Notes: generated by a model not told the origin, from the sequence alone. A stretch of 64,000 nucleotides of DNA from Antedon mediterranea (GCF_964355755.1 NC_092679.1:23605432-23669431); one strand, 5' to 3'. Shown: positions 1 to 13,186, counted from the first letter of the stretch. A program made the numbers and translations.

Positions 1-265
1 CTTATGGCCAGTTAAAAAGTAGTTTTTAAATTTCCTTAGTCAAAGTTATACACATTTTAAAGAGCACGCATTGCGTCTGTACGTGCCAAATTCTCTTCCA
101 ATTATTATATTTTGTTTGCTCAATTCATTATAATAGGCACAACTCAGCACTATAAGCGTTTAATGTTGATGTATGCCATCCTGGCATCCGCCCCTGTAGA
201 TGAATTCATTCAGCGTATTTTAAGTCCGTTTTAATGAATAAATTAAGTTAACTTTATATACTCAC

Positions 266-337
266 AGTATTTTCAATGCTGTCAAATCAGCAAATGCATT
301 GGCTGGCAATGTAACTATTTGGTTACCGCTCAATTTC
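266..337 (-). CDS. LRR exon (72 nt, phase 2/2) of LGR/GRL101-like gene C: (L)KLSGNQIVTLPANAFADLTALKI(L)
   Basis: Minus strand reads tttaaag|GAAATTGAGC...AAAATACT|gtgagt. Open frame with an LxxLxLxxN LRR consensus; near-identical to exons at 50832, 55385 and 55802. Confidence 0.85.
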
Positions 338-546
338 CTTTAAAAAAGAATACAAAAGTAAAAATTACAAATTATCAGTGGTACCAGGATTGTACCGCCA
401 AGGTGATATGCAACAAGCGAAGCGAGCATCATCATTGGTATGGTTGGTGCAGGGCCACAGTTAAGGATCCAGGGGAAGAATGACGTTCAGTGTATTTAAT
501 TTGAGGCCATTTTAATGAATAAAATAAGTTAACTTACTATACTCAC

Positions 547-551
547 AGTTC
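547..551 (-). pseudogene. Remnant of an LRR exon (donor side only), truncated by repetitive DNA
   Basis: The intron module 340-546 matches 50630-50831 and ends in atactcac-agttc, as at 50826-50836. Similarity then stops abruptly. Confidence 0.5.
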
Positions 552-1463
552 AGTACACTTTTTTTTCGATTTCCATTTTACAACCTTTCTTTGGAAATTT
601 TATCCTATTTTATTCAATTTTCAACTTGAAATCGCTATATACGAGCATGCGAAAGTGACAGGCTACACACAGAAAAACTCGTGAAAATGTTATGAAATGT
701 ACTGAATTTTAAAATTAAAGTTGAACCTCCGTGAGCGGCCACCTCCCGTATTTCAAAAGCCCGTGCATTTGGTGCCAAAATGATATCACTCTCACTGGGT
801 TGTTACATTAGAAAATCTTTGTAATTCAATCTGTTTCCTCTTTTAATCACATTTTATTTTAAGGCTTTGGTACAACCAGTCGTGCAAACGCTGACTTACT
901 ATACGCGCGAAGCGCTCTGTTGTGACGCTTTTACTCAAAATAGGCATACTGTATGGGGGAAAATGTCACCTTTTCATAGCCTATTACCGCAGTTTTCATA
1001 GTTTAAATATCAATTTTTAACACATTTATAATAACGAGAGTGCCATTTCCGACCATCTAGAGGTGTTATATTTGCAAAATTGGTTTTATTAAAGTGTTAT
1101 GTTGCTGTAATTTCTAACAAGAATTTATGAATCCTTGACTGTGATTGGCTACAGAGATAAATTACGCTCTCTGATTGAATTAATAAAATGATATCTTTAA
1201 AAAAATAGATTATCTTTATTTACTAAATCAAGGCATAATCTATAATTCCGTCACATTAAATCTTGTTATTTTTATTTATATTTTCTGAAGCACCTAATAA
1301 TGTTCTGTATTTTGATTAGGCTTACAAAGTAATTAATTGTTCTGATAATATCAACCAATCCCATGCACTTGACTAGCGGCATCACTTGGTTGGTACTAGG
1401 CCCGCTAGGTCCGTTATTCGACGACGCTATCATCGTTACTTAACTTAAGTAATATTTTATTAC

Positions 1464-1529
1464 AAAAATAATGTTAAATCAGCAAATTCATTGGCTGACA
1501 ATGTAACTATTTCGTTATCGTACAAATAC
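1464..1529 (-). CDS. Shortened LRR exon (66 nt, in frame) of gene C: (L)YLYDNEIVTLSANEFADLTLF(L)
   Basis: ttaaag|G TAT TTG...TTT TT|gtaata. Same cassette family with a 6-nt deletion and a weaker donor, so possibly degenerate. Confidence 0.55.
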
Positions 1530-1769
1530 CTTTAATGCAAAAGTAAAAATTACAAATAGGGAGATGATTCTGATCAGCTGATAAGAACACAACGCACTAT
1601 TATTAGGCCAACAAATTTTAATGTAGAATAAAAATAATGTTGAAACAGCTCATAAGTTCAACCACCCTACTAGGAGCATTTACCCACATAACAACAGGAT
1701 ATTTTACCAAAATACGTAAATGTTGAATAGTAAAATTCTTGTTTCCTGTGTTTGTAAATATATGCTTCT

Positions 1770-1900
1770 GTGGACTGTAACCATATATGGACACAATGAT
1801 GTGATACCACTACCATATTTGGGCACATCACTACCATATGAGCACATCACACTTTTTTTGTCAAACTCTTTTTTTTTATACTGTAGTGTAGACAGAGCTT
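1770..1900. mobile_element. Partial PIF/Harbinger-type MITE (AGCTCTGTCTACAC family)
   Basis: Right TIR gtgtagacagagct followed by tta; internal cactaccatatttggg repeats as in the copies at 27042 and 52437. Confidence 0.6.
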
Positions 1901-1924
1901 TAGTTGTTAGACTTTTTAACTACC

Positions 1925-2135
1925 GGTACACCTTTCTCCCCTAAAGGCCACGTCCGTACTGTCCGTACTGCCAATACGGCGCGCGCTTTCGTCCACGATA
2001 GTGTAACCAGGGTAATTACTTCCTAGTCGACTCGAAAGATGTACTAGGTTATTTAAGGTACACACGAGCATTCTGTGTAAACTGGACCTACTGCTTAATA
2101 GTCCTTATATCTAAGAACCATATAGTCCACCAGGT
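1925..2135 (-). mobile_element. Probable SINE central/3' fragment
   Basis: The reverse complement resembles invertebrate SINE core sequence (gtaggtccag...tgctcgtgtacc...cctagtacatctttcgag...ttaccctgg). Recognised by eye only. Confidence 0.35.
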
Positions 2136-2357
2136 TCGTCAGGTCAGTCAAACATCTGAACTGCTATCGTTCAAGCTGTATTCCGATACAACCTGTATCA
2201 GCTACAATACTACCAAAGGTCTAGTTGTCATCATGTCTGAAAGCTATACTGGCGAGGACACTTGTCCCTAGTAGGTTTAACCAAGTCAGGCAGGTTTCAG
2301 GCTCTTCAGGCCTATAGTAGTATGAGTCAGTCGGTTCCTCGGCGACTAATTATAATA

Positions 2358-2500
2358 ATAATAAATAATATATTTATACAGGATAAACAATCAGATAACA
2401 GTGTATTTGTTTTATATTGTGGTCCTGTCTTAATCAAAATATACAAAAGAGAAACTTAATTAAATATAATACAGTGTTTATGAAAAGAAGTGAGATCTGA
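2358..2500 (-). mobile_element. 3' tail of a CR1/L2-group LINE, same family as 22240-25515
   Basis: Reverse complement of 25380-25515 (ttgattaagacaggaccacaat...tatcctgtataaatatattatt). Confidence 0.75.
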
Positions 2501-2502
2501 GT

Positions 2503-5320
2503 CCCAGTGCACACTGGAATTTTCAGTGTGAGGAGGGGGAGTTGGACCTCCTGTCAGAATAAGATCAAGATGACTTAAAGGACTTCTTTAGATCGGGCTG
2601 GAGCCCAAGAAATCCATTTCAACCTCCACCAACACGCCTTGCCAGCGTGGTGCGAGTAGGCAAATTACCTTTACCAATTATGAAGAGAAGTAACACTAGA
2701 GCTCGTAATGCCCATGACCATAACGGGCCCTTCTCTGAGAAGACAATCACGAACAATGTGCTCAAATTTAAAACATATTCCGACAGAATACTGTACTGAA
2801 GCTACATATCAACAACAAACACACACTAAGACTAGTCCAAGCCTATGCTCCAACCACTAGCCACGATGACGAAACCATAGAATCATTTTACGAAGAACTA
2901 GACCAGGCACTAGAGGAGGATAAAACATACACACTTAATATGGGCGACTTTAACTCTAAAGTTGGAATAAGACAAACTAGGGAAGAAAAAGGCATAGGTC
3001 CTTTTGGCATTGGTGAAAGAAACGAGAGAGGTGAGAGACTGCTGGAATATGTTGCCAGCAGGAACCTTGTTATTGGAAATACATTATTCCGAAAATCTAT
3101 CGACAGGTATTGGACATGGGAGAGCCCCAATGCCTCTTCGCATAACCTCATTGACTATATTGTAACCAATAGAAGAGATATACTGATGGATGTTACTACA
3201 GTCCCTAAAGTTGATATTGGAAGCGACCACCGACTTGTGAGATCAAAAGTTAGGATGGATACGAGATTGGAGCGACTTAGAATCTTGAAAAGACCTAAAA
3301 AGATAAGGATCAAGATCAATAAATTATCAGATCAAAGCATCGAATTCAGATTAGAAATGAAAAACAGATTTGCATCATTACACGATCAGATGAATTACCA
3401 AACAGTAACTGAAAGTTACGATTAAATCGTCCAGACTACACTTGAAGCTGCTGAGAATCTAGCAAAAGAAGAAACAACACATGTTAAAATAGATAACAAA
3501 GAGATGGCAGAAATCAGACAAATGAACCAGAAAAGGAAATACTCTGTTCGACACCAAGTAGAATATACAGAACTCAACAAAACTATAAGGAAGAAACGAA
3601 GGGAAGTAAGGAGAAGACATAGATCAAAGATGGTTCAAGAGATTCTTGAAAAGCAAAAAGGGACAAAGTTTATCAACAGAAAAATGCAAACTGGAAAACA
3701 AATCATAACTTGTTTGAAAGACTCAGATGGAAATGAAACAAAAGACAAACAGCAACTCAATAAAGTGTTAAGGGACTTCTATAAGACCCTTTATAATAGC
3801 AACCAATCAGACTGGAGAAGGAATGAAAATCAGAGCTGATGTGGTTCCCCCTCCTACCGAGTGAAGTGCGCCATGCCCTTAAGAAAATGAAAAATGGAAA
3901 GGCACCAGGTGAAGACCAGCTAACATCTGACATAATCAGCCTCGGAGATGAAGAGGCAATTACAATAGTCACAGATCTATTCAACAAGATCATACTAGAA
4001 GAGGAAATCCCTCACCAGTGGGATGAAGCCAAAGTCATTCTTAAATTCAAGAAAGGAGACAGAAAGGATGTTAAAAATTACAGACCAATCAGCTTGCTTC
4101 CGCACCTGTATACAATCTTTACCAGGGTGATACTTGCTCGTATGGAGTCACAGCTGGATGATAACCAACCAAGAGAGCAGACGGCTTTTAGAGCAGGGTT
4201 TGGTACATCAGACCACCTACACACACTCAGCCTAGTTATTGAGAAATCAATGGAATATAATTTCAACTTGTTCTTGGGTTTAGGACTACGAAAAGGCTTT
4301 TGATAGCCTTGATCATCAGTCACTTCTGAGAGCTTTGAAGCACCAAAACATTGACGAGAAGTACATCAAACTTATCAAAGCTATCTACAAGAATCCCATT
4401 TCCAGGATTCACCTTGATGATACCATTACAGAGTCAAGGAGATCCAATATCCCCTAAATTGTTCACAGCTGCTCTAGAGGAGGTATTTAAGAACACAAAC
4501 TGGTTCGACAAAGGTATCTTATCCTAGTAGATGGTGAACGATTAACACATCTTCGCTTTGCAGACGATATTTTCATCCTAAGCCACACATGTCAAGAACT
4601 TCAAGAAATGATGCAGGACCTTGACAAAGAAAGTAGGAAGGCAGGTCTCAAAATGAACATAAAGAAAACCAAAGTCATGTCAAATACCAAACATCAAAAC
4701 TTCAAAGTAACTGTACTTGGAAAGAATTTGGAAATCTACATCTATCTTGGAAAGAAAATAACCTTCATAACTAGCTCAGAAGAGGAGATCAAAAGAAGAA
4801 TTCAGCTAGGTTGGGCAAAGTTCGGTTCATTGGGATACATATTCCGCGACACATCATTACCTATCTCGTTGATAAGACAGGTCTTCAACCAATGCCTCAT
4901 ACCAACCCTTATCTACTGTTCGGAAACATGGACCATTACTAAGCGTCTCGAAAAATGGCTGAGGGTAACAGAAAGGGCAATGGGAAGAGTACTAATAGGT
5001 GTCACAAAAAAAGATAAAGTGTCAAATACAAATCTCAGATTTAGATCAGGACATAATAAGCAGCATAAAATCAAAGAAATGGAGGTGGGCAGGACATTAG
5101 GCCAGGAGATATGACAACAGATGGACAGTCAGACTGACAAATTGGACTCCAAGAACCTACAAAAGAGGCAGAGGGAGACAAAAGATGAGATGGAGGGATG
5201 AACTAACAACACATGGTGGCATTGCATGGCAAAGAGTAGCTAGAGACGTGAATGGTCAATTGGTGAAGAGGCCTTCGTCCTGCAGTGGAAAGAAATAGGT
5301 TAAGAAGAAGAAGAAGAAGA
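2503..5320 (+). mobile_element. RTE-clade non-LTR retrotransposon, degenerate APE-RT
   Basis: ORF pieces with MGDFNSKVG, RNERGERLL, WTWESPN, IDYIV, SDHRLV (APE); KAPGED, NYRPISLL and FADD at about 4557 (RT); (GAA)n tail at 5303-5320. Several frameshifts; 5' boundary approximate. Confidence 0.92.
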
Positions 5321-5582
5321 TAGTCTACCAGAACCATGATGGAGCGTGTGAGCCTTGCCTAGCCTATATTCACAATTTTTAGCGTTTTTACCGTTTTATC
5401 TTTCTTTTTATCATTATCATTATTGCCATTTTTACATTTGTTTTCTCATGTTTTACTATTTTAAACCATTTTTACCATTCATCATTATTGTTGATATCAG
5501 TAATAACCATTTTAATTACATAAGTGTCTAACAACAATTACAAACTGTGTTAACAATTACAGAATCTGTTATTTCACTGATT

Positions 5583-5712
5583 CCTAGCTGCATTATTATG
5601 AGAGTATGTTTCCATACGTGTTAAATTGATCCAAAAAATGTCCGGGGTAATAATGTTCAGTGCATTGAGCGCTTGCTTATATGCGCTATATAAGAATGAA
5701 CTATTATTATAA
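5583..5712 (+). mobile_element. SINE 3' fragment (family of 10973-11340)
   Basis: Matches 11139-11260 (ctagctgcattat...gtatgtttccatacgtg...ccggggtaat...atgcgctatata). Confidence 0.7.
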
Positions 5713-5731
5713 TATCAACAGTCATACGTAC

Positions 5732-5864
5732 AATTCTTTTACCGTATTATTTGTATTGAACTCAACGAGCTGTGAATGTACGGTTGTATTCCATCTATAA
5801 CATGGTATACGCCAACCACGCAAATAGGTGACATTATAGCAACGGCAATTTGTTGGGCATACAC
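5732..5864 (-). CDS. LRR N-terminal cap (LRRNT) exon of gene C: (G)VCPTNCRCYNVTYLRGWRIPCYRWNTTVHSQLVEFNTNNTVKE(L)
   Basis: aacgtag|GT...TT|gtacgt; 133 nt, phase 1 to phase 2. It joins the signal-peptide exon and the LRR exons in frame, carries a CPxxCxC...C cap motif and is homologous to 25837-25954. Confidence 0.85.
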
Positions 5865-7799
5865 CTACGTTTAATAAAGAACAATAGAATTAGCAATAAT
5901 AAGAAAACGCCAAAATGACATTTTACATCAGTTTTTTTATTTTAGATCACAGACACGTGCACAGAAAGTACTCAGGAATTACACCGCCCTAGTCTAGGTT
6001 CAAGACTGTGTTTCGAATTAATAATAATATTAGCAACAAGGGTTAGGCTATATATTTTAGCACATATGGCGTTTCATACGTATACACTCTAGCTCAAAAC
6101 CAACATTCCAGTAAAAAAAAAATGTCTGATTTCTCCGAACTTTCGTTGTACAGCCGCCGACAAACGTACTCACTAATCAAACAATTATTCATCTACACAC
6201 ACCATGGAAGTGTGATTCACTCCTCCCCCTTCCCTGATGGATACACGCCATTCGCCAATATACTTATTACCATAGAGGAAGACTTTGACCATTATTCAAT
6301 GATAAATGCCTACGTTGACAGCCAAAACGTAAACATTGTTTATTGAATGTCTTATAGACTACTGTCCGCATACATCTCATAGACTCTCTTCTCCCAGACG
6401 TGTTTGGTATTTGAGCATGCCCAGTCTGAGTTTAAAATTTCCATTTTGTCAGCCTTAGTCAACTAAACTTCCGCGTGATACAGTTTCCTAATGCTTCCGT
6501 TCTCTTGATTAGTGAGCTTTCGAAGTGCCGACGCGGGGAAGTGTTTAAATAATAAATGATTGAGTTAAACTTAATTAGATACTTAACAGTTTTAGTATCT
6601 ATATTTGAATACAGAAAACAATGGATGGACACGAAAATCGTTGCCATCGCAACTGTTATTAGAACAAACTGGAAACCATGATTGTTTCGACAATAAAGGT
6701 AAATATTTTTTTAATAATTCAGTACTTCTAAACTGGAATTACATTAGTTCCATTACTTTTAGTTTTGAAGCAGATCTATCTTTATAATCTTTAGTTTATA
6801 CACAAGTAGCTTTTTATTACCAAGTCCAAGTGTTATAGCATATACAATTATTTAATTATATCCATACGGCGTCGATTTCAATTATCGATTCATGGAATAA
6901 AGTTATAATTATAAACTTTAGAGAATTTAATTAAATTATCAAGTATTTTTATGAGATGATATCTGAATGATATCAAATTTTATTTCAACTGGTAGATTGT
7001 TTGAACGTGTGTATTTTCATTATGTTTTATTTATTACTCACTTTACAACATGGTTTGAAATTGTAGGCGTTTGTTCAAGTTAAACTATGCCTACAATACA
7101 GATAAAATACAGAAAACAATTCCAAGAAAAAACAACTTCACAGTTAACATTACGGTAGTTAAAAGTTACAATTTAAAAGGATTGGTGTTTACAGTGTAGA
7201 GTTTCCATTACCGATTGAAATGCATCGTCACATACGGATGAAAAGAGTTCCTGACGTTTTCCATTTTGAATAAGCTAACCTAAAGAATTTGTTAAAAGAG
7301 TGCTGATCATCTAAACAAAATTGCTTTAACTTTCTTGCCAATGGATTTCATCAACCTTCTTACTACTTTTAATTACTAATATTCTATCGTAACTAATCCT
7401 GTCTATTCCACTGAATTCATAATATCATCATAAGTCTATTGAATAAAAAGACATATTAAAACATCTATGATTACATTCTTTGTAACATACATTGAGTTTT
7501 CTTTCAAATTTAGTTTATTATACAAAGATATATTTGTATAACGTTTGACAATTTCTACTTTATTCATAACAGTTAGGCCTAACTGACTAAATTTCCTAAA
7601 TTAATAATTATTTCTTTTTAGTTTTAATTACATTCAACTGTATTAATTGTTGTAGAACAACATTATCAAAGTATAGAACTGAGTAAAGTTACTGTAGATT
7701 TCACAAGTTCAAAATTCACAAAAAAATTGAAACTATTGTTTGTTATCGATATAACTTAAACTGCACGTGTTGCTATACGTTTTTCAAGAAAATGTAGTT

Positions 7800-8120
7800 C
7801 AAGCCAAATAGGTATGAGATCATCCCAATTTGCCTTCATGAATTTCTGTGTTTGTTTGTATATGTGTTAGCAAGATTACGTCAAAGCTACTAAAAGGATT
7901 TTGACCAAATAATCACCATAGATATCAATAGATACGTGATCTACGCGCGATTTTCTAAAATAACGTAATTAATCTTAAATCATAAATACACCATATTTAT
8001 AAAGACATTTATTAGGCCGGCATATGAACGGTTGACGGGTTGGGCTGTCGACAAGTTTAGCCGCCGGTGATTTATATGAAACGCCCAGTGCGTCTATTAC
8101 GACATTTCGCGTAGTCTAGT
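7800..8120 (+). mobile_element. Degenerate Helitron/HINE-like non-autonomous element
   Basis: tgtttgtttgta-gttagcaagattac start, as in the 40921 family, and a ctagt 3' end at about 8120. Confidence 0.4.
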
Positions 8121-8510
8121 GATTACAGTAAGTACTATGTGTATGTAGTTCACCATGGTCTTTAGGTTTATTGTGTTATAAAAATAAATAATATATAATT
8201 ACATACTACAATTTTGTTGGTTAAACTACCATAACAACACAACAAAGGAAAGTAGGCCTAGTAATATTTAATAAATTAATTGTTTTTAATCTGTCAAGTT
8301 AAAAATTCAGTGCACTTCATAATATTTTTCTCGCGTGTACCACGTGAAGTCATGTTGTCTCTCAGGACTAATAAAGTATTGACATCCTTCGAATGAGGTT
8401 AAAGAAATATTATTTCTTAACTAATCATTTAATATCACATTTTATTGAATTTTACAATGTTAATACACAAAATATTTTACTATGATTAGATTTAAAAATG
8501 ACAGTCATAC

Positions 8511-8568
8511 CTGAAGAGATGGAAAACGGCAAAACGGCCAATATCACAAGGATTTGAAAGATGAACAT
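8511..8568 (-). CDS. First coding exon (signal peptide) of gene C: MFIFQILVILAVLPFSISS(G)
   Basis: aaaaagATG...TCTTCAG|gtatga. Hydrophobic 19-aa leader with a phase-1 donor; paralogous to 27404-27461. Confidence 0.85.
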
Positions 8569-8845
8569 CTTTTTACACAATTCTGTATAAACGCTAAACT
8601 TTACCTCCGACAGCTCGTACTGTGTCTGGTTAATGTTAATATAGCATGTTGTGTTGGCTTTATAACAGGGAGAACTCCCTGTTTATAACATACCTGATTG
8701 TATTCTTGCAATGTGATTGGTCAACATATATTTACATTGGCTACATACTTATATCATAACAACGAACACACTAGCTTAGAAAAATACAAACATTGTATTT
8801 CACAATAATTGTTTTTTTCTCGTTATTACTTCTTCATTTTGACGT

Positions 8846-9086
8846 TTTTTGGTTTTTTATTGACCATATTTAAGGAGGGTGATCCAACCAGCAATCGCTG
8901 ATCCTTAGGAACCCTCAGAGGTTCACAAGACAAACATATACAAAAGATGCTATACATAAACAAAGTCGTATTACAAGAATTTGTGAGTGGAGTTGTAATT
9001 TTGTCCTTAGAAAAAAAAAGTGACGGGACTTGAACCCAGGACCCTTGGATTTGTAGCCAAGCATCATAACCACCAAGCCACTCCAC
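8846..9086 (-). mobile_element. tRNA-derived SINE
   Basis: Reverse complement has an A box (TGGCTTGGTGG), a B box (GGTTCAAGTCC) and an A-rich tail. Degenerate copies lie at about 18075-18270 and 32260-32420. Confidence 0.7.
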
Positions 9087-9696
9087 AATAGGTATTAGGT
9101 ACCGTAAATAAACGAAATCCAATTTAAATCCAGAATCCTCCTTTAATACAGGCCTACAGTATAAATGTGAATGAGAATGATTTAAATTAGTATTGCTAAT
9201 GACATTTCTCTAATTCCATTAAAGTTCCAACAAGTTATATACTTTGTCAATATCACATTTAATCTAAACATAATTATTCGATAGGATGCATATAATAATT
9301 ATTGTACACGTTTCTCTTTATTCTGGTTTCTCTAGACTAGTTTCACGCAAGTAAATATTTCGCCTTTTACTAAAGATTTCCGTGAATAGAAACAAACCTG
9401 TTTTTGTAAAATGAAGGCCTAATTATAATTATTATTAAAAGTAGAATAACTTTCCTTTTAAGTAAGTAACGATGAAATGAGGCGATTTAGCTATAAGAAT
9501 AATACCACACGTTGAGAAACTTCACATTGAATACAATTTGGTGAAGTTGGAATTGTCAGTGGAGACAATTGAAATAAATACTATCTTCCAGACTGTTTTT
9601 GAAACTGGTACGTCGATATAATCAATTGATCTGTCATTAGCGCTTAAATAGATATACTGCACTTTGTTTTGGGAATTTTGTTGACCGAATTGCCTG

Positions 9697-10545
9697 AATA
9701 GGCCTACTGTATTATGCCTTATACATAATAGGCCTACTGTATTATGCCTTATACATAATAGGCCTACTGTATTATGCCTTATATTAATAGGCCTACTGTA
9801 TTATGCCTTTTATTAATAGGCCTACTGTATTATGCCTTATACATAATAGGCCTACTGTATTATGCCTTATTTTAATAGGCCTACTGTATTATGCCTTATA
9901 TTAATAGGCCTACTGTATTATGCCTTATATTAATAGGCCTACTGTATTATGCCTTATATTAATAGGCCTACTGTATTATGCCTTATATTAATAGGCCTAC
10001 TGTATTATGCCTTATACATATTAATAGGCCTACTGTATTATGCCTTATATTAATAGGCCTACTGTATTATGCCTTATACATATTAATAGGCCTACTGTAT
10101 TATGCCTTATACATATTAATAGGCCTACTGTATTATGCCTTATACATATTAATAGGCCTACTGTATTATGCCTTATACATATTAATAGGTCTACTATTAT
10201 GCCTTATACATATTTAGCCCATTAACACTGCACTTAATAGGCCTACTATATTTGGCCTTATACATATTTAGCCCATTAACACTGCACTTAATAGGCCTAC
10301 TATATTTGGCCTTATACATATTTAGCCCATTAACACTGCACTTAATAGGCCTACTATATTTGGCCTTATACATATTTAGCCCATTAACACTGCACTTAAT
10401 AGGCCTACTATATTTGGCCTTATACATATTTAGCCCATTAACACTGCACTTAATAGGCCTACTATATTTGGCCTTATACATATTTAGCCCATTAACACTG
10501 CACTTAATAGGTCTACTTTATTATGCATTATACATTATTTAGCCC
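9697..10545. repeat. Compound minisatellite: 29-33-bp units (taataggcctactgtattatgccttata) switching to 54-bp units at about 10200
   Basis: Direct inspection; the periodic ORFs (18-aa MYKAKYSRPIKCSVNGLN) reflect the 54-bp unit. Confidence 0.95.
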
Positions 10546-10972
10546 ATTGCACTATTTGGAATTACATTGTTTATTAAATATGGGCAACGACAGGAATAAC
10601 GAGAGAAAAATGAATAAATGAATGAATTAATGAATGAATGCATGTAAACAAAATCGGAAAATTTATTCCACGAGATATAAAATATATATTCGTGAGGTAA
10701 TTTCCCGCATGATCGCAATCAAAAAACGGTACTGGACTTGGTCTACTAGCGTTTTGCCTCATAAATATTCATGAAGTCATCATTGGTATTTACCCCATTG
10801 TTTTAGCGGTCATTGTTATTTATTAGTTACCATTATTGTAGTCGTTTTTAACTGTACGGTTGATGTGTCCTAAGAAGTGTAACAAGAAGGCAAAACAGGT
10901 ACATCACTGCTAATGTTGAAGTGGTGATCTCATAGTGAGTTATGTTGTGTTATTTAACTATTTATTAGAATA

Positions 10973-11340
10973 GGGCGTGTGGCGCAGTGGCTTGAACGGT
11001 AGATTACTGATCGTGAGATCGTGGTTCGAATCCAACTCATGCCGCATTGCTTGTATTCTTAGGCACTTTACTTTACTACCTAAGTGTATGAGTGGGTAGG
11101 CCTACCGGTTAGATCCAGAGACAACCTTGCGCTAATTACTAGCTGCATTATAATGGGAGTATGTTTCCATACGTGTTTGATCCAAAAAATGACCGGGGTA
11201 ATAGACATAATATGCAGCGCATTAAGAGCTTGCTTATATGCGCTATATAATGAACTATTTGTTAAGCACCTTTGAGCATGTTTATTCATGAAAAGGGCGC
11301 TATATAAATGTGGTATATCATTATTATTATTATTATTATT
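10973..11340 (+). mobile_element. tRNA-derived SINE with L2-like tail
   Basis: A box TGGCGCAGTGG, B box GGTTCGAATCC, 3' gcgctatataaat and (TTA)n tail. Confidence 0.8.
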
Positions 11341-11893
11341 AGAATTTGGGTTTGTTCTTAATCTTAATCTTAGTCAGGCAAGTTCACGAATCGAACCATC
11401 TCGCTCTACACCATGTAACCTACATTTGATAGTGATCCAGTTTACTCGCATCATTGTCAGTAAAGTAAGCCTATAACAAACTCAAATAATACAAACAACA
11501 TCACAATTTTAACTAATTCTACTTTATTTTAATCGTTAAATTGCGCATCATGTCAGAGTAGTTATAATTAAAATCATAATTAATACAAACCAATTCTATA
11601 ATAATTTAAAACGAAGATCTACGATATCTTAATTATCTTTTAAAATGAAGGTTACTTAAAAGTATAAAACAAATCAATATACTTAGCAATTGCTTTTTTA
11701 TCAATTTGTATAATATAAACTAATATACCAATAGTAAGTTTTATCAGATGACAAAAACAAACAATGTTGGCCTAATGCATTGGCAAACACATTGATGTAG
11801 GCCTGTAAAGTGCACTTTATCTATACTTTTCTATTGAATAAGTTATTTATAATCTATACACATTCTTCACATAAATAACATTAATTATAATAA

Positions 11894-13186
11894 CTAGATG
11901 GCACGCTCGCTTCGCTCGCGTACCATCTAGGTCGTGCCCACAGATGGTTCTCGAATACACAGTATTTTCCAGCGAGAAAAAAATGGAGATTTCAAATGTA
12001 CGTACTGCAGGACTATAATACATTGTCGTTTACAGAAACGAATAAATATACACGATGATTTATGTAGTCAGCTAAAATTAGCACCCTGGGAATTACTTCC
12101 GAGAGACAACCAAAATGAGTCAATTTTTTTTATTTGGACTCATTTAAACAAACCCAATTTGTGTTTTGTATGTAACATTAAGGGTTGAGGGATGGGGGAA
12201 GAAGATAGGTACAAAGAGGAAACATTTTAAAATATATTTTTATCCACTAAGTAACGAAATATTGTTTTTAATGTTTTATAGGCCTATAAATAATATACCA
12301 CTAAATACAGTAAAACATTTACGATTTAATACTTTGTTAAAACTCTCACTGTCATAGTCGATTGAAATAGTAAAGTACATGTAACGATACACCACTACGT
12401 ACGTTTATATATTTTTAAATTATTAATTAATACAAACGTTGAGAAGCAACTGTCAGTAATAACGTTTATTTATTTGTATATTATATGTTTATAATCTAAC
12501 AGTAGGGCCTACCCACACTCACAGTAATAAAGTTTATTTGTATATTTGTTTATATTATATCTAACAGTACCAACACTCACAGTAAGAAATTTGCGATTCA
12601 AATTGCGATCAAAAGTGGTTAATACCTTAACAGTATTGTACAGCATTGCAATACTATTTATGTTTATTCTCCAAAGGGGCCCATAAATCTAAATCTATAC
12701 CTCTATGGTTAAACCAAATAATTTGGAATGTTCCATTCATCACAAATCAATACATTTGTAAAAACGTATATTACATGTATCAAAATAGCATTTTTTAAAG
12801 AAAATCGGCCTGTCTTCAACATTATGATGCTGTACTCGAACTGTTCAACCGGTTTTCAGCTATTAAAAACAATTATCGTAGGAGGAGATAGGAAAATGCG
12901 AAGTGTCCTCGTATTATTGTGTGCGGGTATTTTTCAAATTGACATCCATTAGACAGTGTATACCACGATCGGAAAACACCCCTATTTGGGGCAAATCGTT
13001 GAACCTAAATTCGTTTTAATCGTCAATAACTAATTATCGAACTCAATTTAATTAGTAAACAGGGTTACATCAGGTGGTTAAAATTAGTACCGAAAGTACG
13101 AACCAACTTTATATACCATCGAGTAAACATTCTAGAAAGAACGCACGATTTACCGATTTTTGCCCTTACGTAAATTTATATATAGA
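11894..13186 (-). mobile_element. Non-autonomous Helitron
   Basis: Minus strand A|TC...hairpin...CTAG|T with no TSD. The exact empty site (taataa|taattg) is present in the paralog at about 31382. Confidence 0.88.

Noticed and set aside
240-560. Dispersed repeat family (also 1400-1560, 50400-51200, 55300-56210), first read as a TE or satellite
   Set aside because: The conserved core is a 72-nt open frame with AG/GT boundaries encoding an LRR, so it was re-called as exon cassettes.
7042-7280. Candidate minus-strand exons with good splice sites (7042-7090 and about 7194-7279)
   Set aside because: Stops in the required frames or incompatible phases; no counterpart recognised in the paralog.
9978-10542. 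Repetitive ORFs on both strands
   Set aside because: By-products of 33- and 54-bp minisatellite units.
10973-11045. tRNA gene (also 9020-9086)
   Set aside because: A and B boxes are present but there is no complete cloverleaf, and they continue into SINE bodies and tails.
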